Shown piece after piece: positions 29,510 to 38,222 of a DNA stretch of 64,000 bases. Every line of letters starts with the position of its first letter. Within the stretch, counting starts at the first letter, position 1. Source of the stretch: a bacterium. Lineage in GTDB: Bacteria; Patescibacteriota; Saccharimonadia; Saccharimonadales; UBA4665. The notes below the pieces were generated by a model. That model saw nothing but the letters and a program-made list of their open reading frames with translations, was not told where the DNA came from and did not search any database. The translations under genes were made by a program, and so were the position numbers. The stretch is taken from assembly GCA_021833065.1 (NCBI GenBank), contig JAKBGO010000002.1, positions 11,493-75,492 on the forward strand, written 5' to 3'.

Positions 29510-29592
29510 TGAGCATTAGTCCAGGTTGGTATGGGTACCACGGATTAGGCTGTACAAAGTACGAAATGGTTCCTGACCGGCATGCTCAGCCA
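29510..29592 (+). other. tRNA-like remnant that contains R2 copy D (29563-29592)
   Basis: Perfect 7-bp acceptor pairing TGAGCAT/ATGCTCA, T8 A9, D-loop-like AGGTTGGTA, G73 and CCA. The anticodon and T stems do not pair, so I do not call it a functional tRNA. Confidence 0.4.
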
Positions 29593-29650
29593 GGTATTTA
29601 AAGTGTATAAATCCTCAAAACAAATCATTTCAAAGTGTTATAATATTGCC

Positions 29651-29901
29651 ATGAACGACGATCAGTTTACGAAGCTTTTTAAATATATAGAAGAATTTAG
29701 AAGTGAAGTTAATGATAAACTCGACCAGAAAGCATCTCAAGGTAGTATGGAACGTCTTTTGAATACTCTTTTGATGGATTTTTGAAACGACTTGATAATT
29801 TAGATACTGAACAATCCGCTCGTGACGCACAGTTCGAACGACTACTTGAATGGGCTCGAGAAGTGTCCCAAAAAACCGGTATCCCTCTGAAAAATCTTTA
29901 A
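29651..29901 (+). pseudogene. frameshifted paralog of the 29155-29430 coiled-coil gene
   Basis: Frame 0 gives MNDDQFTKLFKYIEEFRSEVNDKLDQKASQGSMERLLNTL and stops at 29783. Frame +2 continues DGFLKRLDNLDTEQSARDAQFERLLEWAREVSQKTGIPLKNL* to 29901. The shift falls in the T-run at 29768-29772. Confidence 0.6.
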
Positions 29902-29914
29902 AAATTTCGTATAA

Positions 29915-29937
29915 TTCGAATCCCTCTTTCCTAGCCC
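29915..29937 (+). repeat. R1 repeat copy 3 (degenerate)
   Basis: TTCGAATCCCTCTTTCCTAGCCC, 20/23 identical to 23931-23953. Confidence 0.65.
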
Positions 29938-29960
29938 CAAACCTAAGCAGTACATAATGA

Positions 29961-30254
29961 ATGATTAGAGTGAAAATCCTAGGTAAGAGTAAATTTTCAT
30001 TAGTCAAATTTTCGGCAATTATTCTAACTCTGATTATCTATTTAACTATTTATTTTTACCAGTTAAGACTAATTTATATCTACATAGATACAAACAACTA
30101 CTGCGGATGGTCAAATGACAAGATTACAACTGAGACGCTTGCTATTCAAAAAATAGAGAAAATAAAGATCCACAGATACCAACTTAAGTCTAGACTTAAG
30201 GAGGCAGAATCCAATAAAGAATGTCTTAGTACCACATTCAAAGGTAATTATTAG
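29961..30254 (+). CDS. possible small membrane-anchored protein
   Basis: 97-aa ORF with one hydrophobic segment (FSAIILTLIIYLTIYFY), very AT-rich, no clear RBS. It may be spurious. Confidence 0.3.
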   Translation: MIRVKILGKSKFSLVKFSAIILTLIIYLTIYFYQLRLIYIYIDTNNYCGWSNDKITTETLAIQKIEKIKIHRYQLKSRLKEAESNKECLSTTFKGNY

Positions 30255-30366
30255 TTCAGTGTTATGAATCGACTAAAACGGTTTAAACACCGAAAATAAT
30301 GGTCAGCGAAGACACAGATCAACGATGTTATTTAGCCAACTGCCCTAAACCGACGTGTTATTATAA

Positions 30367-31209
30367 TTGTTAATGGTTTTTCTCCTAAAAGTAATTATTT
30401 CTTTCGTTATAGGAGGCCTATTCATAAGCTCCGTCACGGCGATCACCGAAAAAATGGGAACAAAAATCGGTGCGGCAATTTTCGGACTACCCTCGGTATC
30501 TTTTTTGGGTTTGGGGTTTATTTATTTCACTACTAACGTCGACACAACACAGAAGGCGGCGTCAGTGATGCCGATTTTTCTAATCTCTGCTCTATTTTAT
30601 GCATTTGTATACCAAAAAACTATCGTTCGATTAAATAACAAGTTCAAAGATATTCAAGCCAGTTTTATTGCTTTCATGTTTTGGGCTGTTTTAGGACTGA
30701 CAACAATCAAGCTATTCGTTCCGCTGCTAAATTTTAAAATAGCCGCTTTAGGAAGTTTAATAGGATTGGTGGTTTTTTATCTTCTCTTTCATAATTATCC
30801 TCACATCAGACTGCATAAAAGCCGAAGTTCAAAAAATATCAATATAATCAGGTTCTTAGTAGCCGGAGTTGTCGTCAGTTTAACAGTCATACTCGCCAAA
30901 ATACTCGGACCAGAATGGGGAGCTTTATTAGCTACTTTTCCGGCAACAATTTCGATGAGCCTTTACTTTCTGGAAAGATCTCAAAGTGATGAATTTATTA
31001 AAAGCTTTATTAAAGAACTGCCACTTTCTCTGCTCAGTACCCTGATTTTCATTATTGTGATATATTTAACAATCCTCAAGATAAACGTCTTCCTAAGCTT
31101 TTTAGTTTCGATGCTTGCTTCATTTGTCTACACTTACACTTATTCACATCTTAAAATACGTAAAATTGAAAAATTATCCAACGAACTATACCGAAATTTA
31201 ATAAAATAA
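30367..31209 (+). CDS. multi-pass membrane protein
   Basis: 280 aa with about 8 hydrophobic helices. The ATG at 30373 is the likely start. Followed by hairpin CCAAGA-agcc-TCTTGG. Confidence 0.6.
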   Translation: MLMVFLLKVIISFVIGGLFISSVTAITEKMGTKIGAAIFGLPSVSFLGLGFIYFTTNVDTTQKAASVMPIFLISALFYAFVYQKTIVRLNNKFKDIQASFIAFMFWAVLGLTTIKLFVPLLNFKIAALGSLIGLVVFYLLFHNYPHIRLHKSRSSKNINIIRFLVAGVVVSLTVILAKILGPEWGALLATFPATISMSLYFLERSQSDEFIKSFIKELPLSLLSTLIFIIVIYLTILKINVFLSFLVSMLASFVYTYTYSHLKIRKIEKLSNELYRNLIK

Positions 31210-31210
31210 C

Positions 31211-31226
31211 CCAAGAAGCCTCTTGG
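31211..31226. terminator. short hairpin between convergent genes
   Basis: CCAAGA agcc TCTTGG, a 6-bp stem between the stop at 31209 (+) and the stop at 31238 (-). The T-tract is weak. Confidence 0.35.
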
Positions 31227-31237
31227 TATTTACTGTT

Positions 31238-31690
31238 TTATTCTTCCAGATAGTTGTTGTTTATTAAAAATACATCCTGATCAGCGTGCATATTTTCCGG
31301 AATTTCATCAAACCAACCGCTGTCCTTGGATTCTTTATTCAATTTAATTTGACCGTTGTATGATACTACTTCAAAAACTATACCGACAGGACAATCCATA
31401 CCATTTAAAAAATGGCTGGGATATTCAATATAGCCGACATTTTTCGAGTCCTCTACCTCAATCGATAACTCCCTTTTCGCAACCCTGAAAACCGCATCCT
31501 TGAGAGTTTCTCCGAAAGCCACAGTTCCACCGGGTAGGTGCCATTGACCGATACACGGTTCGATATCTCTTTTAGTCAGTAAAATTTTGCCTGACCTATT
31601 TTTTATGATTATCTCGACTGTCAGTCTGGGTACTTTGGAATAAATATAGTCAAATTCTTCTTTAGATAAAAAATAATCTTTGTTCGACAT
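31238..31690 (-). CDS. NUDIX hydrolase
   Basis: Nudix-box-like GGTVAFGETLKDAVFRVAKRELSIEV. Confidence 0.75.
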   Translation of the reverse strand: MSNKDYFLSKEEFDYIYSKVPRLTVEIIIKNRSGKILLTKRDIEPCIGQWHLPGGTVAFGETLKDAVFRVAKRELSIEVEDSKNVGYIEYPSHFLNGMDCPVGIVFEVVSYNGQIKLNKESKDSGWFDEIPENMHADQDVFLINNNYLEE

Positions 31691-31709
31691 TTAAATAGGC
31701 TGATTAATT

Positions 31710-31958
31710 TCAAACGATTTTTTTAATTATTAGAAGAAACTTGATGGTCAGGGCGACCCAAGCTATCAGATAGCCTGAAAAAAGTATCGTTAAAGTTCGA
31801 CGAGATGGGATATTTTTATGATTGATTCTCGGTATAAAAACTAACAGTAAAATCCAGATAATAAAAACCGCTAGACTATAGGTAAACCAGTTTTGGAGTG
31901 CTTTATCCAGACTCATACCACTATTATAAACCCTTATTCCAATATAAATACTACTCAA
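31710..31958 (-). CDS. small membrane protein
   Basis: 82-aa ORF with two hydrophobic helices. Confidence 0.4.
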   Translation of the reverse strand: MSSIYIGIRVYNSGMSLDKALQNWFTYSLAVFIIWILLLVFIPRINHKNIPSRRTLTILFSGYLIAWVALTIKFLLIIKKIV

Positions 31959-32016
31959 GAACCACTTCTAGACTTTGTCAATATAATATGTTATTATTAT
32001 GAAAATTTAGAAAGGT

Positions 32017-32772
32017 GTGGCGATGCCTAAACCACTGATCGGTAGTGAATATTTTAAGGTAAACACTGAAGCCAACCTTTTACATGAACAAGGTTTGTCT
32101 CATGGAATAAGTGGAAACCATGATGTAGCGGATTATTCTTTTACTTCCGCCTTAAATGTAATTTTATCTTCCGATGTCGAACAGCTATCCCCTCTAGACA
32201 AACAGGTCCAAATTTCCAGAATTATTAGGGACAAGGGCTTCAATCTTGTTCGTCGAAGCCTGAGAGATGTAAATGTCAATTTGTATAGCGATGGTTTTAA
32301 ATACTTGGATGAATCAGACATAGGTTTTTATCAAGGCGAAGCCAGATTAACGGAAATTTCCGACCAATTATCCGTAGAGACTAAAAAGATTCTGTATCAA
32401 GCAGTCTCAGCCGAAAGAGGCGCTACCCTAAGCCTCCTGGGACGAGCTGTTACATCCCGAGAGGTAGTCCTCGACATAAAAAACGGCCAAAACGAAGCCA
32501 ACAGATATTACAATCGAGCTCATGGCAATTTGGTTTACGGCAATAACGGATACTACCGAGTTAGTAATGCCATCAATGCCGCCAGGCACGAAAAAATTAA
32601 TGGCAAAAATGTTGCCATGTTGGGCTGGATGGGTAAAGCCATTGTCGGACTTGGTTTTTCTGTTGTAAAAGACAGAAAAAATTTTAAAAAAGCTTTGCTC
32701 ACTTTCGGATCAAGAACATTAGACCTTACCAGCAAAGACAAAGCTAAAAAGTCGGTTAAAGTAAAACCTTAA
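32017..32772 (+). CDS. hypothetical protein
   Basis: 251-aa ORF. The ATG at 32023, preceded by AAAGG, is the likely start. No recognisable motif. Confidence 0.5.
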   Translation: MAMPKPLIGSEYFKVNTEANLLHEQGLSHGISGNHDVADYSFTSALNVILSSDVEQLSPLDKQVQISRIIRDKGFNLVRRSLRDVNVNLYSDGFKYLDESDIGFYQGEARLTEISDQLSVETKKILYQAVSAERGATLSLLGRAVTSREVVLDIKNGQNEANRYYNRAHGNLVYGNNGYYRVSNAINAARHEKINGKNVAMLGWMGKAIVGLGFSVVKDRKNFKKALLTFGSRTLDLTSKDKAKKSVKVKP

Positions 32773-32795
32773 TTACTTCTAATCCGTCTATGATT

Positions 32796-33035
32796 TTAGC
32801 TCTTTTTAGAAGCAATGTAGCTCATAATTACACCTGCAGCTACAAAATTGGGAACGATATATAGTACAGCCATAGACAATGAATTGGTATATTTATATCC
32901 CGCCCAAAGACTAAACAATAAGTAGGCGAGATACGGCACATAAGTCAACCATCCCAAATAGTTATTGGGTAAATAGCTACCGCGAACTCTAATAAACCAG
33001 TTATTCTTATTAGTTTTTTTTCTTTTTTTTGCCAT
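32796..33035 (-). CDS. small membrane protein
   Basis: 79-aa ORF with a basic N-terminus (KKRKKTNK) and two hydrophobic helices. Confidence 0.45.
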   Translation of the reverse strand: MAKKRKKTNKNNWFIRVRGSYLPNNYLGWLTYVPYLAYLLFSLWAGYKYTNSLSMAVLYIVPNFVAAGVIMSYIASKKS

Positions 33036-33114
33036 GCATTTTTCCTATCTACAGATTAGAAAGATAATTGAAAATTGTCAAATATCCTAAAAATACAACC
33101 TCTTTAATTTTGAC

Positions 33115-33615
33115 TTGGGCGTAAGTTTATGGTATTATAGGCTTATGGATTACGAAGTTTACCCCTTCGATAATAGTAGCCACGAACTGGAGCCTAAAAT
33201 TGACGATCAGTACTCTGCTATGGCCCAATATTGGACTGATAAATTACTCTTTGAAAAAATGAAACAAGAAAATCAGGATTTAACAAAAATTATATTTTCA
33301 GCTTTTAACCCTCTAGTAGTTAAAAACTACGACTTAAAAACAATAGCTAAATTCGATAATTTTAATCTTTTACTGGGGAATGAACTGAGGAAAAATCGAT
33401 TCGAATCATTAGATTCCAGCCAACCGAATTTTATCAAATTACTGATTGAGACAGCAAAAAGATCCGACATGGAAATAAATTTTATTCAAGGTTGGTTTAA
33501 TCGAGACCTACTAAAATGTAAAACATGGGTAGAGAACAATGTTGTGATGGCAATAGCCAATCGAAACAGTCAACCGGAACAAATTTGGCCTCTTATTGTA
33601 CCGATAAATATATAA
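33115..33615 (+). CDS. hypothetical protein
   Basis: 166-aa ORF. The ATG at 33145 (MDYEVYPF...) is the likely start. Followed by a terminator. Confidence 0.5.
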   Translation: MGVSLWYYRLMDYEVYPFDNSSHELEPKIDDQYSAMAQYWTDKLLFEKMKQENQDLTKIIFSAFNPLVVKNYDLKTIAKFDNFNLLLGNELRKNRFESLDSSQPNFIKLLIETAKRSDMEINFIQGWFNRDLLKCKTWVENNVVMAIANRNSQPEQIWPLIVPINI

Positions 33616-33620
33616 AAAGA

Positions 33621-33647
33621 GCTCAAGAGCAAACTCTTAAGCTTTTT
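33621..33647 (+). terminator. rho-independent terminator
   Basis: GCTCAAGAG-caaa-CTCTTAAGC (9-bp stem, one mismatch) followed by TTTTT. Confidence 0.55.
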
Positions 33648-33677
33648 CTCAATTATGCACTATAATATTTCTGGTAA

Positions 33678-34364
33678 ATGAAAAATCCCGATCAACCTAT
33701 TCTAAAGACCGCTAAACTTCATAAGTCATACGGCAAAAAAACAAATCGTTTTGAAGCTCTTAAGGGAATTGATTTAGCCATATCCAGAGGAGAAAGTATT
33801 GCAATTATAGGCAAATCCGGATCTGGCAAGTCAACTTTAATGCATTTATTAGCTGGACTGGATAAACCAACAAACGGTAACGTATATTGGTCAGATCAAT
33901 CAATCTCCAGAATGAATGAAAAACAAATCACTAACCTGAGAAACACCAAGGTCGGATTTATTTTTCAACAGTTTTTTCTCCAGCCAACTCTAACCGTCCT
34001 AGAAAACACTTATCTGCCGCTTAAAATAGCGGGCATTAGTTCTCATAATCGCAAAAAATTAGCTAAGGAAGCTTTGAAATCCGTTGATTTACTTGATAAA
34101 TCGGATAATTTGGCTAACGATCTTTCCGGTGGACAAAGACAGAGAGTGGCAATTGCGCGGGCATTGATAAACAATCCCGAGGTAATTTTTGCCGATGAGC
34201 CAACCGGCAACTTGGATAGTGAAACCGGGAAGCAAATTATTGAGCTGCTATTCAGTCTGCAAAAGAAAAATAATATTACTCTTATTATAGTTACTCACGA
34301 TGAAGATTTGGCAAAAAAGTGTGATCGAATAATAAAAATCTCTGACGGAAAGATAATTAAATAA
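33678..34364 (+). CDS. ABC transporter ATP-binding protein (MacB/LolD-like)
   Basis: [35 protein letters not shown]. Confidence 0.93.
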   Translation: MKNPDQPILKTAKLHKSYGKKTNRFEALKGIDLAISRGESIAIIGKSGSGKSTLMHLLAGLDKPTNGNVYWSDQSISRMNEKQITNLRNTKVGFIFQQFFLQPTLTVLENTYLPLKIAGISSHNRKKLAKEALKSVDLLDKSDNLANDLSGGQRQRVAIARALINNPEVIFADEPTGNLDSETGKQIIELLFSLQKKNNITLIIVTHDEDLAKKCDRIIKISDGKIIK

Positions 34365-35654
34365 ATGCGTACCTTAGATTATATATCAACTGCTCAAACC
34401 AACTTGCTAAGAACAAAAGTTAGAACATTTTTGACAATTTTGGCTTTTGTAATCGGTACTTTCACACTTGCCATGGTCACCGCATTCAGTCAAGGTCTCA
34501 GATCATATGTTAATACTCAGTTAAGTGCTTACGGTCAACCGAATGCCATCATTGTCAGCCTCGGATCAGCCTCAAATCAAACAGGACCAAACGGTATACC
34601 CTATTACCAGCCCAACCGCCAGTCAACAATTACTGCATCTGGACCTCGTGGTGACAAAAAAACTGCCTCTTACACTCTAAATCAATCTGATCTGACTAAG
34701 ATAAAAGCGGTTCCTGGAATTATTGCCGCTTATCCGGATTACGTCACCCTGGCAATTGATTACGCTCAGTATGGTAATCTTCCGAAATATATTATGGACG
34801 TCCAGGGTGCATACCCCACTGAATCAATTGCTTTAGCAGCCGGTTCATTCCCAACTATCTCCCAATCAACCGGAATCGTCATTCCCTACACATATATTCA
34901 AGCATTCGGCGCAAACTCAGCAAGCCAAGCCTTGGGACGTACAATCAATATACAGGTAACTTCATCAGCAAACCAGCCCAAGATATATAAAGCAGTCATT
35001 ACAGGCGTATTACCCAATACAGCACATCAACCCGGAGCTTACTTGGCAAACCAATTGATGAGCTCGATGGTGCAATATCAAACTGGAACCACCTCTCAGT
35101 TTACTAATATTATTGCACTCGCTAACACTAACGTAACCAAGGCGCAGAGACTGTCTCTTAAGACCGCTATACAGGCCAAAGGTTACAGAGCTACGACATA
35201 CGATGATATTATTGCCAATTTCAATCAACCTCTGTCAGTAGTCAGCGCTGGACTAACTGGTTTCGCAGCCATCGCTCTGTTGGCCGCCACAATTGGAATT
35301 ATCAATACCCTTCTTATGGCAGTACTTGAAAGAACACAAGAAATCGGTTTACTGAAAGCTCTGGGCATGAGACGTAAAGGAATTACCTTTATCTACTTGG
35401 TAGAAGCTGCCAGTATCGGGTTCTGGGGTGGAATAATAGGCGTATTGTTAGCGGCATTGGTCGGTTATGTGGCTAATCCGATATTAAACCGGACAATTTT
35501 TACCGGTATAGGCTCCGCCCATTTGCTTACTTACCCACTTGTCTACATGGCAGGTATAATCGTTGGTGCCATGATAATCGGTCTTCTGGCTGGGACATTG
35601 CCGGCAATTCGAGCCGGAAAATTGGACCCAATTGAAGCATTGCGACACGAATAA
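34365..35654 (+). CDS. ABC transporter permease, FtsX/MacB type
   Basis: N-terminal TM, a large periplasmic domain, and a C-terminal FtsX module (ERTQEIGLLKALGMRR). It starts the base after the ATPase stop. Confidence 0.9.
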   Translation: MRTLDYISTAQTNLLRTKVRTFLTILAFVIGTFTLAMVTAFSQGLRSYVNTQLSAYGQPNAIIVSLGSASNQTGPNGIPYYQPNRQSTITASGPRGDKKTASYTLNQSDLTKIKAVPGIIAAYPDYVTLAIDYAQYGNLPKYIMDVQGAYPTESIALAAGSFPTISQSTGIVIPYTYIQAFGANSASQALGRTINIQVTSSANQPKIYKAVITGVLPNTAHQPGAYLANQLMSSMVQYQTGTTSQFTNIIALANTNVTKAQRLSLKTAIQAKGYRATTYDDIIANFNQPLSVVSAGLTGFAAIALLAATIGIINTLLMAVLERTQEIGLLKALGMRRKGITFIYLVEAASIGFWGGIIGVLLAALVGYVANPILNRTIFTGIGSAHLLTYPLVYMAGIIVGAMIIGLLAGTLPAIRAGKLDPIEALRHE

Positions 35655-35661
35655 ATCAACT

Positions 35662-36921
35662 TCAGTAAACTTCGCTATATTTTAAAAAGTATTGTTGAAT
35701 TAATTGCCCAGCTCCCTGACCAAATTGATTATTGCAATCATAATCAGAGCTGAAAACACTTGGCTTTGCGAGTAATGCCGGATTGGTGGTGTCAGAGACA
35801 GAATTAGTATTATTGGGAACAACAGAGTTATTGCCGAACACCAACGATCCCGGCTGAAGCGACCAAGCAATCAATCCGATACCATGAAACTCCAAATAAT
35901 TTAAATAATCTGGAGTCTCTTGAGGAGCTTTAATAAAACACTCTTGCCAAGGTGATTGGTACTGAGCCCATTCTCCGTCTACGACAGCATGATTTGAGGC
36001 AAACTTTCCAATAAACGACCAACTGCTAGGTCGATTTAAGTTAATGTGATGATAGGAATAAACAATGTTATTACCCGATATTACGAACCTAGCTCCAGGT
36101 AAACGTTGTGCCCAATAAGGACTTTCTATCCAAATTATATTATTAACATGCCATCCTCTTATTTCGTTCACAAGATCCTGCATCCCTATATATTCGGTTT
36201 TATCAATTTTCCCGCCATATTTCCAAATTTGCCAAACTGTCTTCTTAATTGTTTTTTTAGGATGGACGAATGAACGATACAATGTTCTATTTATTGGTAG
36301 ATTACCTATCATCAAACCGTGGACTGATTTTGAATTTATAGATCTTAGATTATCTAATCTAGGTTCATTGAATAAATCGAAAATGACGTTTGATTGATTA
36401 GCGAATTCAGTGGAAACAATCCGCCAAAATCTGACAGTTTTTTGAGTCGGATTAGGAGTGTTCGAAGTAAACTCGGTTTGATCATTTATAACAACTACCT
36501 GGTTTAGATTACGGGCAAGATTAACTTCCCTAATTAACTCGTTCATAAAACCTTGGTTGTATCCGATTTTTTTATTTATATTAAGGAACAAATTGTCTTC
36601 CGATACTTGTAGGCGAATAGTGTTAGTGTGCCAATAATAAACTGCCGCTTTAATCTGTGCGTCAATGTTAGCTAAATTATCCCTGTAATCAATATCTTCC
36701 AGACCACCGTAGATAGATATTCCATAAGGTATAAATTGAGAACTATCATTTTTGACAATTTTATTACCCGATACCGTTAAACTGTTAGCGTAAAGAGCCG
36801 AAATAGAAGATGGGTAAAATACTATTGCAACTAAAGTAATAAGTAATAGCGATTTGAAAGGTTTCAAAAATTTTTCCGAAATACGTTTGTTGATTTCCAT
36901 GACACAAAGATTATAATCCAC
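35662..36921 (-). CDS. secreted/membrane-anchored glycoside hydrolase, family 5-like
   Basis: N-terminal hydrophobic anchor; IFDLFNEP acid/base motif typical of GH5 cellulase-type enzymes. Confidence 0.7.
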   Translation of the reverse strand: MDYNLCVMEINKRISEKFLKPFKSLLLITLVAIVFYPSSISALYANSLTVSGNKIVKNDSSQFIPYGISIYGGLEDIDYRDNLANIDAQIKAAVYYWHTNTIRLQVSEDNLFLNINKKIGYNQGFMNELIREVNLARNLNQVVVINDQTEFTSNTPNPTQKTVRFWRIVSTEFANQSNVIFDLFNEPRLDNLRSINSKSVHGLMIGNLPINRTLYRSFVHPKKTIKKTVWQIWKYGGKIDKTEYIGMQDLVNEIRGWHVNNIIWIESPYWAQRLPGARFVISGNNIVYSYHHINLNRPSSWSFIGKFASNHAVVDGEWAQYQSPWQECFIKAPQETPDYLNYLEFHGIGLIAWSLQPGSLVFGNNSVVPNNTNSVSDTTNPALLAKPSVFSSDYDCNNQFGQGAGQLIQQYFLKYSEVY

Positions 36922-36996
36922 TGTTTAAAAAACTTCCATTAAGCTCTGATTGATAGATTGAAATATTATTAGTACGATGTTAAATTAAGTATACAT

Positions 36997-37422
36997 ATGA
37001 GTGAGATTTTATTTCCTAAAATTAACAATTTATCAGAATATAATATTAAAAAGTCTAATCGCATAATGCCGGCTGATCTTAAGCTTTTAGGTGCCTACGT
37101 TCTAAGCTCTGCGAGTGCCATAAACACAAAAAATACATATATCGACCAAACCATAGCTTGCATTACGGGAATGTCCGAACCAGATTCCAGGGGTTATACT
37201 TATATAACTTATGCTTTTGAGAGCAATCATGAAATCGAAAAAAGTGAGTCAGTGTTTAATGTATCTGGTTTCAGAGTGCTTAGATACAAAGATCCGTTCT
37301 CGGGACATCGTTCAGATTTAGAGGTAGCTTATTTCTCTGACAAAATCGAAGATTGTTTAGACAAAAGAATTGATTGGTTAGTAGAAAATAGTCGCCAATT
37401 TGTGTTGCAAAAAGCATCCTAA
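36997..37422 (+). CDS. hypothetical protein
   Basis: 141-aa ORF; no motif recognised. Confidence 0.5.
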   Translation: MSEILFPKINNLSEYNIKKSNRIMPADLKLLGAYVLSSASAINTKNTYIDQTIACITGMSEPDSRGYTYITYAFESNHEIEKSESVFNVSGFRVLRYKDPFSGHRSDLEVAYFSDKIEDCLDKRIDWLVENSRQFVLQKAS

Positions 37423-38057
37423 GCAGTAACAAGACCAACGATGGTTTGACTTATCATTTTAGGGGCTAGTTCATAAATCATTTTTTGTTGATCTTCAAAA
37501 ACTTCTGCAACTCTTGGTATTAAATCTTCGGAAAAACTCAATCTGGGACGATCTCTAAGTCTTCTCTGTAAACTGACGGCCGCAAACTCTGCCAGACGAT
37601 AAACATAAGGCGCACCATAATCAGACATTTTACTGTTAAGTTCAATTAAAGCTTGTGGATTAACTGCGAATCTGCCAACCCATGCAGAAGATTTGTTAAC
37701 AGTCTCAATAACTCTCTCAAACATTTCGCCGGCTCCACCGATTTCAAGTACGTAACCGTCGAGCAATATTTCACTTCCCGGATCGGCACAAGCTCTGGCT
37801 GCTCCTCTGGGCAGAAATTCGACATGTCTGCTAAAAAATTCCGATTTAATCCTTCTGAAGTGTTTATTTTGATCAAAGATTCTATCGGTTGCATAATGCA
37901 ATGCGACACCTCTTGCAATATCTGTATCATCAATCGGTTTATTCAGCTTTGTTCTGGCCATGCCAACAAAATCTGGCAACATCGAACCATAGATATAAAA
38001 ATCATTGGCAGTAGGATTAATCTTACTGGCCACCAAGGCATGACCGACATAATTCAT
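37419..38057 (-). CDS. hypothetical protein, AcpH (ACP phosphodiesterase)-like N-terminus
   Basis: MNYVGHALVAS...GSMLPDFVG...GVALHYATDRIFD resembles the AcpH/DUF479 pattern (MNFLAHLHLA...ADFVRG...H..D). I preferred this ORF to the antisense 37653-38087 ORF. Confidence 0.45.
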   Translation of the reverse strand: MNYVGHALVASKINPTANDFYIYGSMLPDFVGMARTKLNKPIDDTDIARGVALHYATDRIFDQNKHFRRIKSEFFSRHVEFLPRGAARACADPGSEILLDGYVLEIGGAGEMFERVIETVNKSSAWVGRFAVNPQALIELNSKMSDYGAPYVYRLAEFAAVSLQRRLRDRPRLSFSEDLIPRVAEVFEDQQKMIYELAPKMISQTIVGLVTA

Positions 38058-38222
38058 TTATATAATTTTAGCATTACTACGCTGTAGTTTTATTTTTTTT
38101 AGACACTTTTTGTTAATTTAATTTAATTTATATTTTCGTTTATGTTTTAATAAAAATAAGTAGCAAAAAGGTGGGGCTATCGATTTTTAAGTAAACAATA
38201 CAAAAAAGAAGGGAAAACAAAT

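Larger units (their letters stand above)
23954..29937. mobile_element. accessory island at tRNA-Gln, probably decayed tandem integrations; no recombinase gene present
   Basis: Bounded by the tRNA and by the last of three direct copies of its 3' end. Contains two TA modules, orphan small genes, a pseudogene and a ~0.6 kb ORF-free stretch. Confidence 0.5.

Noticed and set aside
29510-29592. Reading the tRNA-like remnant as a functional suppressor tRNA. In the canonical register the anticodon positions would be TTA, decoding UAA.
   Set aside because: The anticodon stem (CCACG/CTGTA) has one Watson-Crick pair, position 33 is A rather than U, and the T stem has only 2-3 bp. All long ORFs in the window terminate normally at TAA, TAG or TGA, so there is no sign of stop-codon recoding.
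26461-29937. Interpreting the cassette array as a classical integron.
   Set aside because: No intI gene, no attC-type imperfect palindromes (the repeats are tRNA-end-like direct repeats), and cassette genes point in both directions.
29630-30007. 125-aa minus-strand ORF, and the 29419-29601 and 27195-27470 + strand ORFs.
   Set aside because: They run antisense to or across the paralog pseudogene, the repeats and the HAM1 gene. Their apparent coding capacity is explained by those features.
37653-38087. 144-aa + strand ORF overlapping the 37419-38057 minus-strand ORF.
   Set aside because: The minus-strand product shows an AcpH-like N-terminal pattern and abuts its neighbour cleanly. The + strand translation is Cys/Ser-rich with no recognisable features.
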